Assembly: GCA_035542795.1 (NCBI GenBank)
Contig: DATKKT010000022.1
Span: forward strand, 3,679 to 67,678
Direction: 5' to 3'
Length of the DNA stretch: 64,000 nt
Source: Burkholderiales bacterium
Lineage (GTDB): Bacteria; Pseudomonadota; Gammaproteobacteria; Burkholderiales; SG8-39
Position numbers and translations under genes: made by a program. Below, piece by piece: positions 29,763-42,767 of this stretch. Numbering within the stretch: position 1 is the first letter of the stretch; the number at the start of each line of letters is the position of its first letter. A model generated the notes under the pieces. The model made no database searches. It saw only the letters and a program-made list of their open reading frames with translations, and had not been told where the DNA came from.

Positions 29763-29918
29763 CTACTTCAGCTTGCCTTCCTTGTACATCACGTGCTTGC
29801 GCGCCTTCGGATCGTATTTCATCATCTCGATCTTCTCTGGCTTGGTGCGCTTGTTCTTGGTCGTGGTGTAGAAGTGGCCGGTGCCGGCCGAGGACTCGAG
29901 CTTGATCTTCTCGCGCAT
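29763..29918 (-). CDS. rpmG: 50S ribosomal protein L33
   Basis: Not in the ORF track (51 aa). Hand translation gives [51 protein letters not shown]. It lies directly downstream of rpmB. Confidence 0.9.
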   Translation of the reverse strand: MREKIKLESSAGTGHFYTTTKNKRTKPEKIEMMKYDPKARKHVMYKEGKLK

Positions 29919-29929
29919 GGCGTCTCCTC

Positions 29930-30166
29930 TTAGGCGGCTTTCCGGCGCGCCTTGATCTCGGCGAGCACGGCTTCCAGGCCCAGCTTGTCGATGCGGCGCA
30001 GTCCCGAGGTCGACACGCGCAGGCGCACCCAGCGGCTCTCGCTCTCCAGCCAGAAGCGGCGGTAGTGCAGGTTCGGCTGGAACTTGCGGATGGTCTTATT
30101 GTTGGCGTGCGAAACCAGATGGCCTTTCATCGGTTTCTTGCCGGTCACATCGCAGACTCGGGACAT
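29930..30166 (-). CDS. rpmB: 50S ribosomal protein L28
   Basis: [33 protein letters not shown]. 78 aa. Confidence 0.95.
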   Translation of the reverse strand: MSRVCDVTGKKPMKGHLVSHANNKTIRKFQPNLHYRRFWLESESRWVRLRVSTSGLRRIDKLGLEAVLAEIKARRKAA

Positions 30167-30211
30167 TGCGGACTCCGGGACGACTTCGCTAAAGGGCGCG
30201 AATTATACTGA

Positions 30212-30283
30212 AAAATCGGGGTCAGAGCCCGATTTCGAGACACCAGCCGAATTGCCCCGAAATCGGGCTCTGACCCCGATTTT
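30212..30283. repeat. Perfect 26-bp inverted repeat with a 20-nt spacer; each arm is itself an 8-bp hairpin
   Basis: AAAATCGGGGTCAGAGCCCGATTTCG (30212..30237) pairs base-for-base with 30258..30283. Sub-hairpin AAATCGGG-GTCAGAG-CCCGATTT lies within each arm. It abuts the radC stop (30284) and is followed on the minus strand by TTTTT and TATAAT. Confidence 0.85.
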
Positions 30284-30949
30284 CTACAACAAGCCGCGCT
30301 CGGCGAACGAGAGCGCCTGCCGGCCGGCCACGATGAAGTGGTCGAGGACCTTGACGTCCACCAGCGCCAGGGCGTCCTTGAGGTTGCGCGTCAGCAGCTC
30401 GTCGGCCCGGCTGGGCTGGGCGGCGCCCGACGGGTGGTTGTGCGCAAAGATGACCGCCGCCGCGTTCGCGCGCAGGCCCGCCTTGACGATCTCGCGCGGG
30501 TACACCGAAGTCTGCGTGAGCGTGCCGCGGAACAGCTCCTCGCAGGCGAGCACGCGGTGCTGCGCGTCCAGCCACAGGCAGACGAACACCTCGTGCTCGA
30601 GCTCGGCGAGCGCCAGGCGCAGGTAGTCGCGCACGGCGCCGGGCGAGGTGAGCGCGTCGCCCGAGCGCAGGCCGTCGCGCAGGCTGCGGCGCGCCAGCTC
30701 GATGGCCGCCTCGAACTGCGCGCGCTTCGCCGGCCCCAGGCCCTTCACGCCGGAGAGGTCGGCGGCGAAGACGCCGGCGACGTCCTTGAAGCGCGCCAGC
30801 AGCTCCCGGCCGAGCTCCACCGCGCTCTTGCCGCGGATGCCCGTGCGCAGCACGACCGCGAGCAGCTCCGCGTCGCTCAGCGCCGCCGCGCCGCGCTCGA
30901 GCAGCCGCTCGCGTGGGCGCTCCGCGGCCGGCCAGTCCGTGATCGCCAT
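30284..30949 (-). CDS. radC: RadC-family (JAB/MPN domain, UPF0758) protein
   Basis: [16 protein letters not shown], HhH motif [14 protein letters not shown], and JAMM motif AHNHPSG. Only the last 221 codons of the 661-aa ORF are real. Confidence 0.85.
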   Translation of the reverse strand: MAITDWPAAERPRERLLERGAAALSDAELLAVVLRTGIRGKSAVELGRELLARFKDVAGVFAADLSGVKGLGPAKRAQFEAAIELARRSLRDGLRSGDALTSPGAVRDYLRLALAELEHEVFVCLWLDAQHRVLACEELFRGTLTQTSVYPREIVKAGLRANAAAVIFAHNHPSGAAQPSRADELLTRNLKDALALVDVKVLDHFIVAGRQALSFAERGLL

Positions 30950-31006
30950 AAGGTTTAGAATCCTCCTCCCATAACGCTTGTAGCGGCACTTGGGACGACC
31001 TGAGCG

Positions 31007-32197
31007 ATGTCTTTGAAGGGAAAGCGGATTCTGCTCGGCATGACCGGCGGCATCGCGGCCTACAAAGCCGCCGAGCTCACGCGCCTGCTCGTCAAGGCGG
31101 GCAGCGACGTGCGCGTAGTGATGACCGAGGCGGCGACCCGCTTCATTACACCGGTCACGATGCAGGCGCTGAGCGGGCAGACGGTCTGGACGGACCTGTG
31201 GGACCCGCGCGTGGCCGACAACATGGGCCACATCGAGCTGTCTCGCGACCGCGACGTCGTCCTGGTGGCGCCGGCGAGCGCGGATTTCATGGCGAAGGCG
31301 GCGCAGGGTCTCGCCGACGACCTGCTCTCGACGCTGGTGCTGGCGCGGCGCTGCCCGCTCATGCTCGCGCCCGCGATGAACGTCGAGATGTGGCAGAACC
31401 CGGCGACCCAGCGCAACGCGAAGCTGCTGCACGCCGACGGCGTGCTGCTCTCTGGGCCGGCCTCGGGGGGCCAGGCCTGCGGCGAGATGGGCATGGGGCG
31501 CATGTCCGAGCCGGCCGAGGTCGTGGCCGACCTGGAGTTTTTTTTTCAGCCCAAGCGCCTCGCCGGCCGTCGCGTCGTCGTCACCGCGGGGCCGACCGAG
31601 GAGCCGATTGACCCGGTCCGAGTGATCACGAACAGGAGCTCGGGGAAGATGGGCTACGCGGTGGCGCGCGCCGCGCAGGAGGCGGGCGCGCGCGTCACGC
31701 TGGTGAGCGGGCCGGTCGCGCTCGAGACGCCCGCCGGCGTAGAGCGCGTGAACGTGCGCACGGCGAAGCAGATGTTCGAGGCGGTGAGATCGTCCGTGAA
31801 GAGCAGCGATATCTTCATTTCCGTGGCCGCAGTGGCGGACTGGAGAGTCAAGAAGGCTTCGGACCGGAAGATCAAGAAGATCAATGGCCATGCGCCGACG
31901 CTCGAGCTGGAGGAAAACCCGGACATCCTCGCCTGGGTGGCGGCGCAGAAGAACGCGCCGTTCTGCGTCGGCTTCGCCGCCGAAAGCGAGAACGTGGACG
32001 CCAACGCGAGGCGAAAGCGCCTGCAGAAGGGTGTGCCGCTGATCGCCGCCAACCGCGCGCAGGATGCGCTCGGCGCCGACGAAAATGCACTCACGCTGTA
32101 CGACGGGCGCGGCCGGCACCCGCTCGGCCACGGGCCCAAGCTCGAGCAGGCGCGCAAGCTGGTGGCGCACGTCGCCGGCATGCTGAAGAAGCGCTAG
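31007..32197 (+). CDS. coaBC: Bifunctional phosphopantothenoylcysteine decarboxylase / phosphopantothenate-cysteine ligase
   Basis: [13 protein letters not shown] flavoprotein N-terminus, PAMNVEMW, and [10 protein letters not shown] in the CoaB domain. Confidence 0.9.
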   Translation: MSLKGKRILLGMTGGIAAYKAAELTRLLVKAGSDVRVVMTEAATRFITPVTMQALSGQTVWTDLWDPRVADNMGHIELSRDRDVVLVAPASADFMAKAAQGLADDLLSTLVLARRCPLMLAPAMNVEMWQNPATQRNAKLLHADGVLLSGPASGGQACGEMGMGRMSEPAEVVADLEFFFQPKRLAGRRVVVTAGPTEEPIDPVRVITNRSSGKMGYAVARAAQEAGARVTLVSGPVALETPAGVERVNVRTAKQMFEAVRSSVKSSDIFISVAAVADWRVKKASDRKIKKINGHAPTLELEENPDILAWVAAQKNAPFCVGFAAESENVDANARRKRLQKGVPLIAANRAQDALGADENALTLYDGRGRHPLGHGPKLEQARKLVAHVAGMLKKR

Positions 32198-32249
32198 CCA
32201 GGGGGATCTGAAGGGGGACGGAGACGTTTTGTCGGAGTCCCCCTTTCCT

Positions 32250-32699
32250 ATGAAGACGCTGGACGTCAAAATCCTCGACGCGAGGATCCGCGAGCTGCTG
32301 CCGCACTACGGCTCGCCGGGGGCGGCGGGCCTGGACCTGCGCGCCTGCCTGGAGGCGCCGCTCACGCTCAACCCGGGCGACAGCCAGCTCGTGCCCTCCG
32401 GCATCGCCATCCACATCGGCGACCCGGGCTATGCCGCGGTGATCCTGCCGCGCTCGGGCCTGGGCGCGAAGAACGGCATCGTGCTCGGCAACCTCGTCGG
32501 CCTCATCGACTCCGACTACCAGGGCCCGCTCATGGTCTCGGTCTGGAACCGCGGCCGCGCGGCCTTCACCATCCAGCCCCTGGACCGCATCGCGCAGCTC
32601 GTCGTGGTGCCGGTGCAGCAGGTGGAATTCAATATCGTAGAGGACTTCGCCGCCAGCGCACGCGGCGCCGGCGGCTTCGGCTCGACCGGGAAGAACTAG
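32250..32699 (+). CDS. dut: dUTP diphosphatase
   Basis: [27 protein letters not shown] and [10 protein letters not shown] motifs. ATG at codon 8 of the TTG-initiated ORF. Confidence 0.9.
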   Translation: MKTLDVKILDARIRELLPHYGSPGAAGLDLRACLEAPLTLNPGDSQLVPSGIAIHIGDPGYAAVILPRSGLGAKNGIVLGNLVGLIDSDYQGPLMVSVWNRGRAAFTIQPLDRIAQLVVVPVQQVEFNIVEDFAASARGAGGFGSTGKN

Positions 32700-32700
32700 C

Positions 32701-33963
32701 CTAGCTCAGCGCATCCGCCCAGATGTTGCGGGCCCAGTCCCAGGCAAACGCGGCCTCGGCTTCGCTGCGCGCCGCGGAGACGCCGCCCGAGCCCGGCACC
32801 GTCAGTAGCGTGCCCTTCGCCGCGTCCCACTGGTGGACCGACGAGACGCGGATCGCCTCTTTCGGCGACACGAAGCTGTAGCAGGTATTGAGGATCTTCG
32901 GGTCCACCGGCGCGCGTCCGTTGAGCATTTCGATGATCGCGGCCGCGGCGATCTTGGCGTGGCCGTTCGCCATGCTGCCCGATTTCGGCATCAGCGCCGC
33001 CGACAGCGTCGCGTCGCCCAGCACATGCACGCCCGGCACCTTCTTCGATTCCATGCTGCGCCAGTCGACGTCGCACCAGCGGTTGTTGGTGGTGATGAGC
33101 CCCGCCTTCTGCGCCAAGTCGCCCGCGCGCTGCGGCGGCACGACGTTGAGCACGTCGCCTTTCACGTCCTCCACCTCGAGCTTCACGGTTCCGTTCGCCG
33201 CGTCGATGCCGACCGCCTTCGCGTTGCCGCGGTACTCGAGAGTCCCCTTGTAGAAGTCCGCCCAGGCCTTCTTGAACAGCGGGCCCTTCGAGGTGACGTC
33301 CGGGTTGGCGTCCAACACCAGCAGCTTCGAGCGCGGCTTGGCCTGCTTTAGGTAGGCCGCGATCAAGCTCGCACGCTCGTACGGGCCCGGCGGGCAGCGG
33401 TACGGCGCGAGCGGGATCGACAGCACCACCACGCCGCCGTCGCGCATTTCGACCAGCTGCTTGCGCAGGGCCTCGGTCTGCGGGCCGGCCTTCCAGGCGT
33501 GCAGCACGCGGCCGGACTGCATCGCCGCCTCATAGCCGTGGATCTCGCCGAAATTGAAGTCAATGCCCGGCGATACGACGAGCCGCTCGTAGGCGATGTC
33601 GCCGCCGCGTGCGAGGCGGACCGACTTCTTCGCCGCATCCACCGCGGCGACTTCGTCCTGCACGACCTGTACGCCGTGCCGGCGTAAGCCGTCGTAGTCT
33701 CGGCTGATGTCCTGCATCGAGGCGTAGCCGCCGAGCACCAGATTGGAGAGCGGGCAGGAGGTGAACCGGCTCTCGCGTTCGATCAGCACCACGTCGATCG
33801 AGGGGTCCCACAGCCGGAGGTACCTCGCCGCCGTGGCGCCGCCGAAGCCGCCGCCGACGACGACCACGCGCGCCCTGGTCGGAATCGAGGCGCAGCCGAG
33901 GCCGGCGAGCGCCGCCGCCGAGGCCGTGAGCTTGAGGAAATCCCGCCGCTTGAACTGGCTCAT
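32701..33963 (-). CDS. fccB: Flavocytochrome c sulfide dehydrogenase, flavoprotein subunit
   Basis: Tat signal MSQFKRRDFLKLTASAAALAG. FAD motif VVVVGGGFGGATAARY. FCSD-type C-terminal domain. Confidence 0.8.
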   Translation of the reverse strand: MSQFKRRDFLKLTASAAALAGLGCASIPTRARVVVVGGGFGGATAARYLRLWDPSIDVVLIERESRFTSCPLSNLVLGGYASMQDISRDYDGLRRHGVQVVQDEVAAVDAAKKSVRLARGGDIAYERLVVSPGIDFNFGEIHGYEAAMQSGRVLHAWKAGPQTEALRKQLVEMRDGGVVVLSIPLAPYRCPPGPYERASLIAAYLKQAKPRSKLLVLDANPDVTSKGPLFKKAWADFYKGTLEYRGNAKAVGIDAANGTVKLEVEDVKGDVLNVVPPQRAGDLAQKAGLITTNNRWCDVDWRSMESKKVPGVHVLGDATLSAALMPKSGSMANGHAKIAAAAIIEMLNGRAPVDPKILNTCYSFVSPKEAIRVSSVHQWDAAKGTLLTVPGSGGVSAARSEAEAAFAWDWARNIWADALS

Positions 33964-33975
33964 GTTCTCTCCTCC

Positions 33976-34278
33976 TCAGCGCTTCTGCGCGGCGTACCAG
34001 GCCGCGATGGCGTCGATCTGCGGGTCGGTATAGCCCTTGGCGATCTGGTGCATCACCGTCGCCGGCCGCTTGCCGTCGCGGAACGCCCGCATCTGCGTCG
34101 CGACGTAGTCGCGCGGCAGCCCGGCGAGCGAGGCGAGCGTCGAGTTCGGCGCGGTTCGCCCCTCGGTGCCGTGGCAGATGGCGCAGCCCGCGGCGAGATT
34201 CCTTCCGGTGATCGCATCCTGTGCGGTCGCCGCCAATGGCGCGGCGAGCAGGAGCGCGCTAACGAGAGCGGCTCGCAT
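33976..34278 (-). CDS. fccA: Monohaem c-type cytochrome (FccA-like partner of FccB)
   Basis: Signal peptide, a single CAICH haem-binding motif, and Met in VMHQIAKG. Lies immediately upstream of fccB. Confidence 0.7.
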   Translation of the reverse strand: MRAALVSALLLAAPLAATAQDAITGRNLAAGCAICHGTEGRTAPNSTLASLAGLPRDYVATQMRAFRDGKRPATVMHQIAKGYTDPQIDAIAAWYAAQKR

Positions 34279-34410
34279 TTGAGTTTTCTCCCCTTTATGG
34301 ACTACTGCGGGGAAGTCTCCGCTCGCAGCGCGCGAGGTGTCAAGCGCGCGCCGGAATGTTCGGCCGCGCCCGGCACAATGAGAATCGTTGCGGCGGCGCG
34401 GCGCGGACGC

Positions 34411-36696
<2,286 letters not shown>

Positions 36697-36697
36697 G

Positions 36698-37000
36698 TCA
36701 GGTCTTCTCCATCACGCACTGCAGCGGATGCTGGTGCTTGCGCGCGTAGTTCGACACTTGCTGGACCTTGGTGGAGGCGACGTCGTGCGGGTAGACGCCG
36801 CACACGCCCATGCCTTCGCGATGGACTTTCAGCATCACCTGGGTCGCCCGCTCCCGGTTCATGCCGAAGAATTTCTGCAGCACCAGCACCACGAACTCCA
36901 TCGGCGTGTAGTCGTCGTTGAGCAGCAAAACCTGGTACAGCGGCGGAAGCTTGACCTTCGCCTTCTTCGCCTCGACTACCGAGTCGTCCTTGTGTTGCAT
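36698..37000 (-). CDS. clpS: ClpS adaptor protein
   Basis: [17 protein letters not shown]...[10 protein letters not shown]. Its stop lies 1 nt from the clpA ATG. Confidence 0.9.
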   Translation of the reverse strand: MQHKDDSVVEAKKAKVKLPPLYQVLLLNDDYTPMEFVVLVLQKFFGMNRERATQVMLKVHREGMGVCGVYPHDVASTKVQQVSNYARKHQHPLQCVMEKT

Positions 37001-37232
37001 GCATGTGCTGGCCGGCCATTTCTATCCTAATCAATGCGCTGCGTCAGCGCAAACCACTATTCCCGCGCCCGCGCGCCCGGATGCGCCCCCTTGACGGGGG
37101 GTGGGAAGGCGCGTAAAAGCCGCCGGATGTTTGGATTCAGGCTGGCTGCTATTTGAGGGCGGCGGGGTCGTGAAGTTCAGGCATGGCCCGGGGAGGGATC
37201 CCGGAATCGTCAACCAAGCGAAGAGGGATGGG

Positions 37233-37436
37233 ATGGCAACAGGCACCGTGAAGTGGTTCAACGACGCGAAAGGCTACGGGTTCATCACGCCGGACGACGG
37301 CAGCGAGGACCTGTTCGCGCATTTTTCCGCGATCAACATGCAGGGCTTCAAGAGCCTCAAGGAAGGCCAGAAGGTGAGCTTCGACGTCGTCCAGGGTCCC
37401 AAGGGCAAGCAGGCCTCGAACATTCAGAAGAGCTAG
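37233..37436 (+). CDS. cspA: Cold-shock protein (CspA family)
   Basis: [31 protein letters not shown] (RNP1/RNP2). 67 aa. ATG at codon 45 of the listed ORF. Confidence 0.9.
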   Translation: MATGTVKWFNDAKGYGFITPDDGSEDLFAHFSAINMQGFKSLKEGQKVSFDVVQGPKGKQASNIQKS

Positions 37437-37461
37437 CCGCCCGGGTTCCAGCAGGCAATAA

Positions 37462-37487
37462 AAAAAGCCGCCCTCGGGCGGCTTTTT
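37462..37487. terminator. Bidirectional intrinsic terminator
   Basis: AAAAAGCCGCC-CTCG-GGCGGCTTTTT, lying between the cspA stop and the icd stop. Confidence 0.7.
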
Positions 37488-37502
37488 ATTTCGCGAAACA
37501 AT

Positions 37503-38759
37503 TCACATCCGCTCGATCATCGCCTCGCCGAAGCCGGAGCAGGACACCTTCTTCGCGCCCTCCATCTGGCGCGCGAAGTCGTAGGTGACGATCCTGTCGC
37601 CGATCGCCTTCTCCATCGACTTGATGATCGCGTCGGCGGCTTCCGTCCAGCCCATGTGGCGCAGCATCATCTCGGCCGAGAGGATCTCCGAGCCCGGGTT
37701 GACCTGGTCCTTGCCCGCGTACTTGGGCGCGGTGCCGTGCGTCGCCTCGAACATCGCCACCGTGTCCGAGAGGTTCGCGCCCGGCGCGATGCCGATGCCG
37801 CCGACTTCGGCGGCGAGCGCGTCCGAGATGTAGTCGCCGTTGAGGTTCGTCGTGGCGAGCACGTCGTATTCCGCGGGCCGCAGCAGGATCTGCTGCAGCA
37901 TGGCATCGGTGATCACGTCCTTCACTACGATGTCCGGCCCGCCCTTCGGGTTCTTGAAGCTGCACCACGGCCCGCCGTCCAGGAGCTTGGCACCGAACTC
38001 CCTCTGCGCAAGCTGGTAGCCCCAGTCGCGGAAGCCGCCCTCGGTGAACTTCTGGATGTTGCCCTTGTGCACCAGCGTCACCGACTTCCTCTTGTTGTCG
38101 ATGGCGTACTGGTAGGCCCTGCGGATCAGGCGCTCGGAGCCCTCGATCGACACCGGCTTGATGCCGATCGCCGAGCTGTCGGGGAAGCGGATCTTCCTGA
38201 CCTTCATCTCCTTGATCAGGAAGTCGATCACCTTCTTCGCCTCGGCCGATTTCGCCGGCCACTCGATGCCGGCGTAGATGTCCTCAGCGTTCTCGCGGAA
38301 GATCACCATGTCGACGTCCTGCGGGCGCTTGAGCGGCGAGGGCACGCCGGTGAACCAGCGCACGGGCCGCAGGCACACGTAGAGGTCGAGCTCCTGGCGC
38401 AGCGCGACGTTGATCGAGCGGATGCCGCCGCCCACCGGCGTGGTGAGCGGGCCCTTGATCGACACCGCGAACTCCCTGGAGGCCTCCAGCGTCTCGTCGG
38501 GCAGCCAGACGTTCTCGCCGTAGACCTTGCAGGACTTCTCGCCGGCGTACATCTCCATCCAGACGATCTTCCGCTTGCCGCCGTAGGCCCTCTTCACCGC
38601 CGCGTCGACGACCTTGAGCATCACCGGCGTGATGTCGACGCCGGTGCCGTCGCCCTCGATGTAGGGGATGATCGGGTGGTCGGGAACGGAGAGCGAGAAA
38701 TCCTTGTTGACCTTGATCTTCTCGCCGCCGGAGGGAATCTTGATGTGCTGGTAGGCCAT
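37503..38759 (-). CDS. icd: NADP-dependent isocitrate dehydrogenase, homodimeric type
   Basis: 418 aa. [20 protein letters not shown] and [10 protein letters not shown] motifs. Confidence 0.95.
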   Translation of the reverse strand: MAYQHIKIPSGGEKIKVNKDFSLSVPDHPIIPYIEGDGTGVDITPVMLKVVDAAVKRAYGGKRKIVWMEMYAGEKSCKVYGENVWLPDETLEASREFAVSIKGPLTTPVGGGIRSINVALRQELDLYVCLRPVRWFTGVPSPLKRPQDVDMVIFRENAEDIYAGIEWPAKSAEAKKVIDFLIKEMKVRKIRFPDSSAIGIKPVSIEGSERLIRRAYQYAIDNKRKSVTLVHKGNIQKFTEGGFRDWGYQLAQREFGAKLLDGGPWCSFKNPKGGPDIVVKDVITDAMLQQILLRPAEYDVLATTNLNGDYISDALAAEVGGIGIAPGANLSDTVAMFEATHGTAPKYAGKDQVNPGSEILSAEMMLRHMGWTEAADAIIKSMEKAIGDRIVTYDFARQMEGAKKVSCSGFGEAMIERM

Positions 38760-38778
38760 GGGAGTTTGAGTGAGTTGA

Positions 38779-41016
<2,238 letters not shown>

Positions 41017-41272
41017 GGGAATTGCCTCTACAAAGGGGTAGAAAAGTGCGGGAAAGGCGACATTTTAATGCCGCGAATGGTGCCGGAAGGCGACGCGCTC
41101 CAAGCGGCGGCCGCCGGGAGTGCGGGGCATGTCGAACTCGAATGAAAAATGCGTCGGGTGTCCGCGCGCTCGGGTCGAGCACCAACAGAGCGTGACGGCC
41201 TCACTCTCCCTGTTGCCGCGGCAGCCCCAGCGTCGCTTGGACATGCCTGAAAAAACAGGAGCTTATTGTGCA

Positions 41273-41301
41273 TTGATCAGCATTCTTCTTTTGTTTACAA
41301 T
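41273..41301 (+). promoter_or_regulatory. Candidate sigma70 promoter of the Lys-rich peptide gene
   Basis: TTGATC-17 nt-TACAAT. Implies a ~140-nt leader beginning with the CGCAGG-GAAA-CCTGCG hairpin (41308..41323). Confidence 0.35.
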
Positions 41302-41450
41302 GACTTGCGCAGGGAAACCTGCGAGTGGGGGGTCATACCGGGAGGGTCAGTCAACCGCTCTTAGCGTCGCGCGTTGTTTCCAGCGGGGCGAGGCGGCAAC
41401 TCGTTGCGTCACCCCGTCATAACTTAAAAGCCAATCTGAGGAGACTGTAC

Positions 41451-41606
41451 ATGACCAAGCTGCTGTCGATGATCGTTGCCGCCATGTTCGCGGCTGTGAG
41501 CGTGTCCGCCATCGCCGCCGACAAGAAGGACGAGAAGAAGATGGAGAAGAAGGCGGACAAGAAGACGGAGAAGAAGAAGTCCGACAAGAAGATGGAAAAG
41601 AAGTAA
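41451..41606 (+). CDS. Small secreted Lys-rich tetrapeptide-repeat protein (51 aa)
   Basis: GAGGAG SD 7 nt upstream. Signal peptide [22 protein letters not shown], then [29 protein letters not shown], encoded by a 12-nt periodic repeat. Has its own terminator. Confidence 0.55.
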   Translation: MTKLLSMIVAAMFAAVSVSAIAADKKDEKKMEKKADKKTEKKKSDKKMEKK

Positions 41607-41629
41607 GTCTTCCTTACTTGCTTCGAGAC

Positions 41630-41652
41630 AAGGCAGGGGTGCACCCTGCCTT
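41630..41652 (+). terminator. Intrinsic terminator after the Lys-rich peptide gene
   Basis: AAGGCAGGG-GTGCA-CCCTGCCTT followed by TTCTTTTC. Confidence 0.65.
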
Positions 41653-41666
41653 TTCTTTTCCCCCCG

Positions 41667-42104
41667 ATGCGTAGCGTTCTCCTTCTCCTCGCCTGGCTGA
41701 CCGCGGCGTGCGCGTGGGCGCAGCAGCCGCCGTTGCCAGCGATCGACCTGACCGTCGGCATGTACCGCATCCACGCCGAAGTCGCCAACGACATGAACTC
41801 GCGCATGCAGGGCCTCATGTTCCGCAAGTCGATGCCGCAGAGCGCCGGCATGCTCTTCGTCTTCGAGGACAGCGCGGCGCAATGCATGTGGATGAAGAAC
41901 ACGCTGATCCCGCTGTCGGTCGCCTTCGTCGACGCGGCGGGAACGATCGTCAATATCGCCGACATGCAGCCGCAGACCGAGGACTCGCACTGTGCCGAGC
42001 GTCCCGTTCGCTACGCGCTCGAGATGAACAAAGGCTGGTTCGCGCAGCGCGGCATCAAGCCCGGCGCGAAGCTCGGCGGCCTGGAGAAGTTCGCGCCGCG
42101 CTAG
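41667..42104 (+). CDS. DUF192 domain-containing periplasmic protein
   Basis: Signal peptide plus MQGLMFRKSMPQSAGMLFVF...MWMKNTLIPLSVAFVD, a DUF192 hallmark. Confidence 0.8.
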   Translation: MRSVLLLLAWLTAACAWAQQPPLPAIDLTVGMYRIHAEVANDMNSRMQGLMFRKSMPQSAGMLFVFEDSAAQCMWMKNTLIPLSVAFVDAAGTIVNIADMQPQTEDSHCAERPVRYALEMNKGWFAQRGIKPGAKLGGLEKFAPR

Positions 42105-42712
42105 GCGAGGTTGCGGTACAGCAGTTGGAGCCCCAGCCCGACGCTGAAGGTGGCGATCGCTGCCTGCAGGACGCGGTTCAGCACGGCGAGTCGCGCGGCT
42201 GTCAGCCGCAGCGGCAACGCGATCGCTACGGAGAGCGTCGCCATGCCGGCGATGGAGCCGAGTCCGAACATCAGAATGTAGATCCCGCCCACCAGCGGCG
42301 AGCCCACCTGCTCCAGCGCCAGCAGGACCAGTGCCGCCGAGCCCGCGAGGCCGTGCATCATGCCGACGGCAATCGCACGCATCGGCATACGCGGCGCGCT
42401 GACCTGCGCGCTGCGCTCGCGCAGCAGCCGACGCAGCAGATCGGCGCCTAGCGCCACCAGCATCGCGCCGACTGTGGCTTCCAGCACCGCCGCAGTGCGC
42501 GTATCGATCACCGCTCCCAGCAGCAGCACTGCGCCGCCAAACGCGAGCAGTGTCAGCGCGTGGCCGGCGCCCCAGGCGACGCCTTGCCGCACTGTGCCGC
42601 GCAGCGTGCCGTCGCGTGCCGCCAGCGCCGCTACGGCAGCGAGGTGATCGGCCTCGAGGGCGTGCAGCATTCCGAATGCGGTGCCAAACAGGAGAACGGC
42701 AGGCAAACCCAT
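42101..42712 (-). CDS. Putative Ni/Co transporter-like multi-pass membrane protein (HX4DH motif)
   Basis: 203 aa and hydrophobic. HALEADH at aa 17-23 recalls the NiCoT/NicO signature, with a second MHGLAGS segment. Divergent from the TonB receptor across a NikR-box spacer. Family assignment is tentative. Confidence 0.5.
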   Translation of the reverse strand: MGLPAVLLFGTAFGMLHALEADHLAAVAALAARDGTLRGTVRQGVAWGAGHALTLLAFGGAVLLLGAVIDTRTAAVLEATVGAMLVALGADLLRRLLRERSAQVSAPRMPMRAIAVGMMHGLAGSAALVLLALEQVGSPLVGGIYILMFGLGSIAGMATLSVAIALPLRLTAARLAVLNRVLQAAIATFSVGLGLQLLYRNLA

Positions 42713-42740
42713 GTATGATGATTATGCACGTTTTGCATAC
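42713..42740. promoter_or_regulatory. Candidate NikR operator
   Basis: GTATGA-N16-GCATAC matches the E. coli nik operator GTATGA-N16-TCATAC at 11 of 12 positions. An extra GCATAC lies at 42742..42747. The site is inside the 55-bp divergent spacer. Confidence 0.6.
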
Positions 42741-42767
42741 CGCATACCATAAGCGAGCAAGGGGAGC

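Noticed and set aside
30950-32269. N-terminal 440 codons of the 661-aa minus ORF that ends as RadC
   Set aside because: That part is antisense to coaBC. The RadC family N-terminus ([16 protein letters not shown]) begins at 30949, and a 57-bp divergent spacer to coaBC then makes sense.
41325-41450. Longer 93-aa version of the Lys-rich peptide ORF (GTG at 41325)
   Set aside because: The extension has no SD and precedes a perfectly good SD plus ATG plus signal peptide at 41451. It would bury the signal peptide internally. I treat the region as a 5' leader.
41302-41450. Leader of the Lys-rich peptide gene as a known riboswitch (NiCo, cobalamin or other)
   Set aside because: I could find a GNRA hairpin and some further stems, but no conserved core that I recognise (for example, no B12 box). 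It cannot be assigned without a covariance-model scan, so it is kept only as a structured leader inside the relevant finding.
41520-41603. 12-nt periodic DNA repeat considered as a VNTR or mini-CRISPR-like array
   Set aside because: The repeat is in frame, inside a short ORF with a signal peptide. It encodes the x-[DE]-K-K tetrapeptide. There are no spacers of unique sequence and no cas genes.
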